The notes below the pieces were generated by a model. It was not told where the DNA came from, did no database searches, and saw only the letters and a list, made by a program, of their open reading frames with translations. Shown here one piece after another: positions 38,030 through 47,470 of a stretch of DNA of 64,000 nucleotides. How positions within the stretch are numbered: position 1 is the stretch's first letter; the number at the start of each line of letters is the position of its first letter. The translations under genes and the position numbers were made by a program. The stretch is from Felis catus. Its lineage: Eukaryota. Location of the stretch: positions 117,492,001 to 117,556,000 of the forward strand of contig NC_058368.1 of NCBI RefSeq assembly GCF_018350175.1, read 5' to 3'.

Positions 38030-38375
38030 GCAGTGCACCTGGGTGTCTCAATCAGTCAAGCATCCAACTCTTTATTTGTTGATTTATTTTGAGAGGGAGA
38101 GAGAAAGTGAGCAGGGGAGGGGCAGAGAGAGAGCTCATGACCTGAGCCCAAACCAAGAGTCAGACGCTTAACCTACTGAGCCGCCCAGGTGCCCCAAGCA
38201 TCCAACTCTTGATCTCAGTTCAGGTCATGATCTCACATTCATGAGATTGAGCCCCACATCAGGCTCTTAGCTGACAGCAGGGAGCCTACTTGGGATTCTC
38301 TCTCTCCCTCTCTCTTTGCCCCTTGTCCACACTCTGTCTCTTGTCTCTCTCAAAATAAATAAGTAAAAACTTAAA
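38030..38375 (+). mobile_element. Can-SINE split by an antisense, internally deleted Can-SINE (38073-38195)
   Basis: 15-bp TSD AAGCATCCAACTCTT at 38058-38072 and 38196-38210. Confidence 0.93.
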
Positions 38376-39021
38376 AAGTATTTGTGGGTATGTGCACATG
38401 TGTGTATAATAGCTTCCATCTAGTGAGGACCTATTGTGTCTTATGTCAGCAGGACGGTATGGAGAGAACTACAGAGCTTACCCTCCTCTAATTCTCTCTC
38501 CCCTGTTGAGAGTTTCTCTGTTCTGTCTCTAGCTCATTGTCCTGAATTATACTGTCCCTTCTCTCCAATCTGCCTTTCACACTCTGGCCTATAACATTAC
38601 TTCTACCTCCTTTGGGCTTCTCAGAGGGTACCTCCACACGGGTCAAAGCAGTGGGGGCCCCAGGCCTTCTCTAAAGACCCGGCTTACCAAACAGCCTTGT
38701 CAGAGCCCCAGTGGAGACTTAGGGAGAGGTTCTGTCCAGGGAGCTGGAGCGGGATGCAGCCAGCTGGCATCTTCAGGATCAGTGAGGCCTGTAGGGGAAG
38801 CTCAGGGCATTTGGGAGAGAGCAGCCAAGGGGATTGGGATGAAAGCCATGGTCTGGTGGGCCTGTGGTGGGGACAGGATGAAGACTAGGTGCCTCAAAGA
38901 CCATCATGCTGGGTCTCCAGCCCCTGTGTCATCCTCTGCACCCAAATCCCCACCCTGCCAAATGCCCTTGAAGAAGGACAGGGCTTTAGCTGAAACTCAA
39001 GGCGGCAGGGGCGGGGGAGGT

Positions 39022-39135
39022 GGGGTTGCCTGGCTGGCTCAGTCGGTGGAACATGTGACTCTTGATTTTAGGGTTGTGAGTTCGATCCCCATATTGGGTG
39101 TAGAGATTACTTAAAAATAAAATCTTTTAAAAAAA
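39022..39135 (+). mobile_element. Short old Can-SINE (tRNA-Lys-like head plus A tail)
   Basis: GCCTGGCTGGCTCAGTCGGTGGAACATGTGACTCTTGATTTTAGGGTTGTGAGTTCGATCCCC...AGAGATTACTTAAAAATAAAATCTTT. Confidence 0.9.
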
Positions 39136-39472
39136 TAGAAACTCGAGGGAAGGGTAGCCTTAAAAAGGATTCTAAACCCAATTCCAATGCAGGAAGGGGA
39201 TTTTCCCCACATCAATAATTATTGGACACAGCTGGGTGTCGTACAAGTCAACTGAATTCTGACGCTCTTGAGCTGGAGACAGCATCCCATTCCACAGATT
39301 AAGACTTCATTCCTATAAGACTGCCATCTTCCTCACCCTGCTTCAGATGTCAATCACAAGACTAGATTGGAGGTTCCAATGACCCCATCTCTGATTAATT
39401 TACTAGAGAGGCTCACAGAACTCAGATGAACATTTTACTTGCTGGATTACTAGTTTTTTATAAAAGGATATC

Positions 39473-40026
39473 CAGTTGACCCTTGAACAATACAGGAGGT
39501 TAAGGGCACTGATCCCCTCATGCAAAAGAAAATCCTCATATAACTTTTAACTCCCCAAAAAGTTTTTTTAAATGTTTATTTATTTTTGAGAGAGAGAGAG
39601 CGGGGGAGGGACAGAGTGGGGGGGGGGGACAGAGGATCTGAAGCAGGCTGCGAGCTGACACGCAGAGAGCCCCGATGTGTGATGTGATGTGCAATGTGAT
39701 GGTGAGATGGAGACCTGAGCTGAAGTCAGACGCTTAACCAACTAAGCCACCCAGGCACCCCTGACTCCCCTGAAACTTAACTAATAGCTTACTGTTAATC
39801 AGAAGCTCTGCTGATAGCATAAACAATTAACACATATATTGCATGTTGTATATATTATGTAGTATTACATACTATATTCTTATAATAAAGTAAGCTAGAG
39901 AAAAGAAAACGTTAAGAAAATCATAAGGAAAATAAATTTACAGTACTATACTGTATTTATCAAAAAAAAAATACACGTAGAAGTGGACCCCCACAGTTCA
40001 AAACCGTGTTGTTGGAGGGTCACCAG
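39473..40026. mobile_element. Tigger2-type (TcMar) non-autonomous DNA transposon
   Basis: TIRs CAGTTGACCCTTGAACAA ... TTGTTGGAGGGTCACCAG followed by TA; internal AATAAAGTAAGCTAGAGAAAAGAAAA. Confidence 0.88.
39563..39761 (-). mobile_element. Can-SINE inside the Tigger2 element
   Basis: T tail and GCCACCCAGGCACCCC end; degenerate TSD (T)AACTCCCC / TGACTCCCC. Confidence 0.92.
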
Positions 40027-40399
40027 TAACTCAGAAACAGACAGACAGAGGAGAGGCTCCAGGCAAGGCTGTGGGTTAGGGGGAGGGGGAAGCTTCCAGG
40101 CCACTCTTCTAGCACCTCCACTGTGTACACCGAGTAGGAAGTTCTCTGAACCCTGTCCTTTTGTGTTTTGCGGAGGCTTTATCGCATGAAATCATTCTTC
40201 AGTCCCTCCCTGCTCTCCAGAGCTGTGGGTGGTTGGGGGTGGGGGAAGACCGAAAGTTCCAATCCTCCTATCACTGGATTGGTTCCCCTGGCAACCAACC
40301 CCTGAGTTTAGGTGACCGGCCGGACTTCCCAAAAGTCACTTCATTAACATAAGAAACAACACCTTTGTGGCATTCACCACTTAGGACATTCCAAGGGTT

Positions 40400-40523
40400 A
40401 GGGGCTCCTGGCGGGCTCAGTCAGTAGAACATGTGATTCTTGATCTTAGGGTTGTGAGTTTGAGTCTCAGGTTGGGTGTAGAGATTACTTAAAAATTAAA
40501 AAATCTTAAAAAAAAAAAAAAAA
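40400..40523 (+). mobile_element. Short old Can-SINE inside the MER21 LTR
   Basis: tRNA-Lys-like head and A tail; TSD TTC(C/T)AAGGGTT. Confidence 0.9.
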
Positions 40524-41470
40524 GCAGTTCTAAGGGTTTTAGGAGCTCTGTGCCAGAAATGGACAAAGAGCAAATGTGTTACTATAAATCACCACATCAT
40601 ACCGTGTCATTAGCATCATCGCCCCCTCCTCCTCTTCTTCACCATCTTCATGGCTAAGCATCCCACGCATGTTACATACATCCTCTCAAGTCATCCTCAA
40701 GCATCCATAGAAGACAGGCCCTACCATTATCCTTGAACAGACAAGGAACTAGGCTCAGAGTGCTTATATCATATGCCCAAGGTCACTGCACTGTCTGATC
40801 TCAGAGCTCAGCTCTTAAGCGCAGCACTATACTTGGTCTCCAAAAGGCTATAGCCCAGAACCATCACAAATCCCTAATCCCAAAGGACAGCCTCAAACAG
40901 GGTGGGGTCTGCATGCCTTCTTCTCAAGAAAATAATGGTAATACAGTTGAGCCCTCCATCATTTTGATAGTAGCTTTCCTTTCACGCTTAGTAAAGGTGC
41001 TGCAATTACTGTGGCCACCTCTGGCAAGAGGAAATTTAAAGAAAGACAGAATCATAGGATGTCAGGCTGGGAGAGACCTAATGCTACACCTCTCAGCTTG
41101 CAGGTTAAAAAAAAAAAAAAAAAAAAAAAAAAGGTCCACAGAGGCTTCCCACACCCACCTGAAGGCAGCCACCTAAATTTGCAATTCGGGTCCTCTTGAT
41201 ATTTCTGCCCATGTTCTCATGCCTGAGCTGGGTCCTTTGCAACCGGCCTAGTTGCTGCTTTAGTAGATTTCCATTTTGAATTTCAGCTCTCTTACCCGCA
41301 AGCCCCTGGGAGCCTCCTGCTTCCTCTCATTTCTTGTGTCTTTAAAGAAAACTCTCCTTGCCTGGGCTCCCTCCCATTGGATTTTGTCCTTTGGAGCTGG
41401 GCCTGTCTCCCTCCCTCCCTCCCTCTCCTCCTTCCTCTCTCCCTCTTCCCACCCAGACATCTTCCTCTTC

Positions 41471-42018
41471 TGAAATGCCCAGAGTCTAAGAGACCCCCAA
41501 AAACGAACCACCAGAGTCCAGAGTCAAAGCTAAGCAGCAAGGGTCATTTATTGCAGGTTCGAACCTGGACCTCTGCGCCCCCGTTGCCGGTGACGCCAAG
41601 AGGCCCTGAGAGAGGTTTTTACACCCCTTTTATAGACAGGTACAAACAAGTCATGGGGAAATCAGGAATTTTCCACAGTTACAGAGCTGCAATTGGTTGG
41701 TGTTTAAAGTTGGACACTTAACAGTATTCGATTGGTTCCTGCCTTTAGGTCAGACCACAACCGGGGGTACGGGTGTCACAATGATTGATCAGGAATACAC
41801 GGATGTGCCAAGCAACAATGATTGATCAGGAGTACACGTATGTGCCAAGTAACAATGGTTGATCAAGAATATACGGATGTGCCAGGCAATAATGATTGAT
41901 CAGGAATACATGGGCGCGCCAAGCAATTGTACAGAAGCAGAACAAGCTGGTTAAGCTTGGTTAGATTTCAGTTTCCCATAACTTAAGCTTTTAAGTTTCA
42001 ATTTTCTCAGGCCTTTCA
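41471..42018 (-). mobile_element. Solo LTR of a gammaretrovirus-like (ERV1) endogenous retrovirus, 548 bp
   Basis: TGAAA...TTTCA inverted termini; 4-bp TSD CTTC (41467-41470 / 42019-42022); on the minus strand: U3 repeats, CCAAT (41731-35, 41692-96), TATAAAA (41628-34), AATAAA (41547-52). Confidence 0.93.
41778..41925. repeat. 4 x 37-bp tandem repeat in the LTR U3
   Basis: Unit ACAATGATTGATCAGGAATACACGGATGTGCCAAGCA starting at 41778, 41815, 41852, 41889. Confidence 0.97.
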
Positions 42019-43179
42019 CTTCCTTATTCAGAAGGGGGAACAAGACCTTCAGAGGCCTCCAGCCCAACAGTAGCCACCTGCCCGTCCCCCACCCAGTCTT
42101 CGGAGCGAGGGGTGTGGGGGTTCTCCGGCTGCACTGCGGTGCCTCTAGCTACAGCTTCTCCCCCTCTCTCAGAGTTGCTGGAAGATTATTAGATAATTTT
42201 CAAATTTGTAAAGTGCCTTAAGCTCCTCAGAGGAAAGGTGGTATATGAGTGTAATAACAATAACAATCCTATCTGTCAGAGCCATTGAGAAAATGAATCT
42301 TGTTATCCTCGGGAACCAGCGGTAGGAACCTCAGCAAGAAACATGAAAATAAAGCGTGGAGTGCAGTCTCCTGACCAATCAGAGAAGAGGAAAGTGCCAC
42401 CGCAGGCCAGGGTGGCATTTGAGACCCCCCCTTCCCCCAGCTCGGTGCTGGTGGAAAGGGGCTCTCAGAAAGTTACCCAAATTGCCTCTGATGCTTCACC
42501 AATTAAAATGACTTTAGGACAAGTTGAAATCAACTTAGGGAGCAAAGCATTCTGATTTCTGAAACCCTCCAAAGGCAGCGGGGAAGGCAAATGTCTGAGC
42601 AGGTTGTCACTCACTCAGGAGTAATGATGGGAAAATCCATCACAGTAACGTGATTGAGTTTGGTGAATTAGTAAGGATGTTTACACTGTGCGCTGGAAGC
42701 CCGAGTGGGGCCGGCTGGGCAGCCGGGGTTTTTGACATGTGTGGCAGCTTCACTCCTAATGAGGTTCTCGACTCACCGCTCACCCTGGCTGGACTCACTG
42801 TCGCTGACTTCAAGTTGGTCTGTTACTGTTGAGGCAAGTGGCTGAAGGCAGGGATGGGCTCTGGAGTCAGACAGGATGGCCTTTAAGTACTGGCTTTATT
42901 ATCACCAGCCCTGTGACCTCAGGCAGAGCCCTCCACTTCTCCAAGCCTCAGCTTTCCCATCTGTGAAATCTGTGAGATCATAGCACCTAATTCATAATGC
43001 TACTGAAAGGGGAGAAATGAAATGAGCTAACTATTAACTTTTTTGTCCACCTCCCCAAGCTCAGCCTGGTCAGAGAGAAAGGAAAGTTGCTTTGATGTCC
43101 TCTCACCTAGACTATTCATTCCCCTGAGAAGCAAGAGGAGTCAAGGAAGATAGAGTCATGTGGGAGGACATAACGTGCT

Positions 43180-43295
43180 CTTCAAGTCCTGAGGCTGCAT
43201 CCCCACTGCTGTGTGATCTCAAACAAGTCACTTAACCTCTCTGAGCCTTGGTTTCCTCATCTGTAAAATGGAGCTAATAATACCACCTCTGTTAC
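43180..43295 (+). mobile_element. MIR core
   Basis: GCTGTGTGATCTCAAACAAGTCACTTAACCTCTCTGAGCCTTGGTTTCCTCATCTGTAAAATGGAG. Confidence 0.9.
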
Positions 43296-44736
43296 TGAAC
43301 AGAATTTCTAAAAGTCCCAAGCAGATGTTGTCAGTATGCAAGGGAAGACAAAATATGGGGAGGGAGGGTGAGAACAGGTTGCCCTACCTGGTCACCATGG
43401 CTGCCTGATGGAGGAAGGAGATTCAGAGGATAACAGAGATTGGATATGGAGATTGTGAAACCCAGGATAGGAAGCAAAAGGGCCCAACTCAGGGAGCCTT
43501 GCTGGGAAGGGCCCCTGGAATTCATGGACCACGCTTGCTGAGAACCCACCGGAAGAAATGACACAGTACTGCAGTATGAAGGACTCAGGTCAGACTGTAT
43601 ACAGACTTCCAGCCAGTCAGGCAACAACAAGGGCACTCCCTCCTGGGGTCTTTGGCTATGCCTGAGCAAAATCTCCCCGGTGGAGAGGCTAAGCCTGAAT
43701 GCAGGAAGCAATGCAGAAGGATGGACAGGGCAACCCCGAAGATGCTTCTGCAGGGCCAGAGAAGGCGGCCACAGTAGTCTGGCAGATCCTCCCCAGGGTT
43801 CTCTTTCAAGCCTTGTCCTCTGGAGGCCTTTCAGAACCTATCCTGACCTTGAAGGGAAGTCACTGGGCCTGTTCTGGAGCAGGGGCCACGTCCTCACAGA
43901 CATGCCCAGGTCAGCGTCAGGCCACAACTCTATTATTTAAGGATTCCATAAAAGAGCAAACCTCCGGGCCTGGAAGAATGGCCGGGATCCTGACTCTTCC
44001 TGCACAGGAAATGCAGCGGCTGTGCCGGAGCCCTGGCTTGACCTGCTGAGGACTCAGAGCCCCTGCAGATTCCCAGCCTGAAGGGGCTCCACTGTGGCTG
44101 AGATGATGACACCTGGGCCAGACTGGGCTCCTCCCTTCCAGACTGAGCTGAGACCTACCACCAGACCAACTGCTTGTGGACTCTGCAGTGATTTTATTGT
44201 GATTTCCTAGTTGTCGCAGTTAGTAGCATTAGTTTGTTAATTACTGTATATTTTGAAAGTAAGAGAAAAGGGAATTCCCACCGGAGATTTGTTCTTGGCT
44301 GAAACAATGTGATGTGAGGGAAGGGAGAGTTTGCGCAGGGCGGGAAGGGAGGGGTAGTAAGGAGCTTGCTCTGCTGGTTTCTGCTCGTCTTGACAGGGCC
44401 TGGGGCCAGAGATGGGGCTGCCTGGAGAGGCAGGGGTCCTGGCAGAGCCAAGCCCCTCCCTCCTCTGCAGCACCACTTCTCAGTCCCCAAACCTCTGCGG
44501 CAGCCCCCTGCCACCCCCCCAACCCCTGCACTATTATCAGAGTGAGGCATCAGGCCTAAGGGGTTTGGAGCTGCAGGAAGGGCCCTGAGGCTAAAGGAAC
44601 CAGACCTGAGTGAAATAAGACACTGAGGAAACCGGCCTGTGACAGGGGGCAGTTGATTGAATAGGATGGAGTTTTTCATTAGGAAATGAAGCTGGAATTT
44701 GGGAAGAGGCTCTTGCATTTAAATTCAGCAAGAGAC

Positions 44737-44970
44737 GGGGCGCCTGGGTGGCTCAAGTCGGTTGAGTGTCCGACTTCGGCTCAGGTCACGATCTCGCGGT
44801 CCGTGAGTTCGAGCCCCGCGTCGGGCTCTGGGCTGATGGCTCGGAGCCTGGAGCCTGCTTCCGATTCTGTGTCTCCCTCTCTCTCTGCCCCTCCCCCGTT
44901 CATGCTCTGTCTCTCTCTGTCTTAAAAATAAATAAATGTTAAAAAAAAAATTAAAAAAAATTAAAAAAAA
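44737..44970 (+). mobile_element. Young felid SINE (CpG-rich)
   Basis: Near-consensus body; TSD AAATTCAGCAAGA(G/A)AC at 44721-44736 and 44971-44986. Confidence 0.97.
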
Positions 44971-45294
44971 AAATTCAGCAAGAAACTACATCCCTAGAGG
45001 GAGAATGGGGGAGTAGCAACTGAGGTTGTACACAGAGACCTGGCTGGGGAGGCCACAGGGCCTGATTCTCGGCCCTCACTCTGCTGGCCACCTGGGAGCG
45101 TGGCAGGCCCTGGCCGCCCAGAGGAAAGGTGCCTTTTGATAATCTGTCCAACAGGAGGGGTTCACTGTGTGCTGTGGGGCCCTGCGTGTTCAAGCTCCCC
45201 TCATTCCCCAGAGTCATAGAAAACGGAAGCTGGGATGGGGCCAGGGACCCTGGAGGAGTTGGGGGCAGAGGATGGAGAGAAGCCGTTGGGGGGG

Positions 45295-45326
<32 letters not shown>

Positions 45327-45970
45327 GGAAGGGAGGGAGACTGAAGACAGAGAAGGGTGGAGGATGAGAAAGAAGTTCATGCAATCTAGAGGAGGTGATT
45401 AAAATCCTGGAAGAAAATGTGATGGAGAGACTTTCTATCTTCCTATTGAGACATTTAACCTAAAAGAAATGAGTTAAATAATTTATACAGAGAACGGGTG
45501 AAATTTGCTTTGATCAAATTAAAAAATATGACTCTGGAAATAAAGTGTCCGCCGCGTCCTTTCCAGGCGGCAGAAAGAGCTGCCGAGAAACAAAATGACA
45601 AAGACATAAAAATAACTAACCCTAACCCGGCGAATATTAGTACCATATTTTTTGGGAGATTACATGGCGTCACTGTGGGCCACGCAGAGAAATCCTCTCT
45701 AAGCACCAACAGGAGAGGTTTTGCTCATTGAGGAAGCCCCATAAAAACAGAAAATGGATAAAATTTTCCTTTGCAAAAACTACCCTACTTCACTCAGGGG
45801 TTGGCCCAGAAACCACAAGGGATCAAGTTAAATTTCCCATTCGTGCATTTCAAAAAAGGAAGAAAGCTGCTCACCTCCCCCTCTCAAACTCGGTATTTCT
45901 TAAAGCCGATCCCTGTTCCTCTCTCATTTACGCTCTCCACACACATTGCTGTAAAGAAGCATCACAGTCT

Positions 45971-46179
45971 GGGGCACCTGGATGGTTCATTCAGTACAGC
46001 ATGTGACTCTTGATGTTGGGGTTGTGAGTTCGAGCCCCAAGTTGGATGTAGAGATCACTTAAAATAACAAAGCAATAGAGAGAGGAAGGAAGGGAGGGAG
46101 GGAGGGAGGAAGGAAGGAAGGAAGGAAGGAAGGAAGGAAGGAAGGAAGGAAGAGAGAGGAGGGAATAAGGAAGGAAGGG
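45971..46179 (+). mobile_element. Short old Can-SINE whose tail expanded into a (GGAA)n/(GGGA)n microsatellite
   Basis: TSD GCATCACAGTC at 45959-45969 and 46180-46190 encloses both the SINE and the GGAA array. Confidence 0.9.
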
Positions 46180-46972
46180 GCATCACAGTCAAGCTCCAAG
46201 ACTCCTGAGCAAGGGGTTAGCGTGAATACTATTGACTTACCAGCTCTGAGCCTCAGTTTGCCACTCTTTAAAATGGGGCCAACACCCTCTGTGCAGCATT
46301 GTAGTGAGGATTAAGGGGATGTTAGAGCCTGGTGCACACCTGAGCTGACAGTAAGTGTTAGGGACTATCTCTTCTACCTTGACCTGAAGAAATGTCCAAC
46401 ATGTACAAACAGCCTCCAGGAATCCTCCACCTGATCTCTGCCTCTACCTGGGAAGTCCACCGTGGGACACTGTTAGTCGAATCCTGGACAGAGAGTTTAG
46501 GTTCGAGGACACCAGTCCCTCTGACTTTGGGGGTCCAGTGGACGAAGAAGACACTTTTAGTTCCAAATAGCTGGGGAGAACATCTCAGGTTAACCCTCCA
46601 AGGCTGTAGTCTCCAGCTGAATTTAAACACTTCAGTATCTGGCTCAAATTCTGGCATCACCTCTTAGCTGTGTGATCATGGCCAAGTTAACTTAATACCT
46701 CCAAGTCTGTCTCTTAATCTACAAAATGGGAATAATTTAGAACGGACCTTGTAGGATTGAATGAGATAAGGGATATATACGGCATGCCTAGTGGGTAGTA
46801 AAATTAAGTAAATGATGACAGATCTTATTTTTTACAATGACCTTGGAGAGACATTCAAGATCAGAGTGAGTTTTCTTCCCATGCCCTCAGTTATGGGAGG
46901 AGGGAGGAGAATCAAACTGACCTCTATTTTGGTTACAGCACAAAAAGGGGTGTGGCCAGCTTTGGGGCCACC

Positions 46973-47169
46973 TTTTTTTCCCCTTAATTTATTTTTGAGA
47001 GACAGAGAGAGTGGGGGAGGGGCAGAGAGAGGGAGACAGAGGATCTGAAGCAGGCTCCGCCCTGACAGCAGAGAGCCCAATGCGGAGCTCCAACTTGGGA
47101 ACCGGCACCTTGAGATCATGACCTGAGCCAAAGTCGGAAGCCTAACTGACTGAGCCACCCAGGAGCCCC
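46973..47169 (-). mobile_element. Can-SINE
   Basis: Reverse body; degenerate TSD TTTGGGGCCACCT / TCTGGGGACACCT. Confidence 0.93.
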
Positions 47170-47199
47170 TCTGGGGACACCTAGAATAGGTCTCTGACA

Positions 47200-47470
47200 C
47201 TAGGGAACCAGGATGAAGAGGGAACTCAGCCCACTGGTACATGAGGGCTGGAGGAATGTTCAGCCAGTGAGATTGGGGGTGTCTGGGCATTGGAATGGCA
47301 GGCTTCAGATTCCTGAAGGCCTGTCACTTGCCAGAGGGGGATTGAGAGTGAAATGGGCTCTTCCTGAAGACCCTCTTGAGTATTAGGAGCTTTGCAGCAA
47401 TAAAAGAGGCTGCCTCCCAAGGAAGTGAGTTCCCTGTCTCTAAGAGGAGTGTAAACAGAGCCTGGAGGTA
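47200..47470 (+). mobile_element. L3/CR1 LINE 3' fragment
   Basis: CTTCAGATTCCTGAAGGCCTGTCAC...GAGGCTGCCTCCCAAGGAAGTGAGTTCCCTGTCTCTAAGAGGAGTGTAAACAGAGCCTGG. Confidence 0.7.

Larger units (their letters stand above)
39155..40601 (-). mobile_element. MER21-type LTR carrying nested insertions
   Basis: TTTTCCCCACA...GCTGGGTGTC...AATTCTGAC...GATTAATTTACTAGAGAGGCTCACAGAACTCAG; resumes after 40028 with GGTTCCCCTGGCAACC...AAGGGTTTTAGGAGCTCTGTGCCAG. Confidence 0.8.

Noticed and set aside
39022..39135. tRNA-Lys(CTT)-like sequence (also at 40400, 45971, 57844, 63683)
   Set aside because: Has the GGGG-C-CC leader, AGAGATTACTTAAAA tail and TSDs of short Can-SINEs, with disrupted stems; not tRNA genes.
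41778..41925. CRISPR-like regular repeats (also 61015-61111)
   Set aside because: Units are contiguous with no unique spacers, there are no cas genes, and the context is mammalian; the first array is an LTR U3 repeat.
42673..42685. 13-nt match to the miR-30 5' end (TGTAAACATCCTT on the minus strand)
   Set aside because: The match stops after 13 nt and no hairpin arm is evident; better explained as a forkhead TGTTTAC motif or chance.
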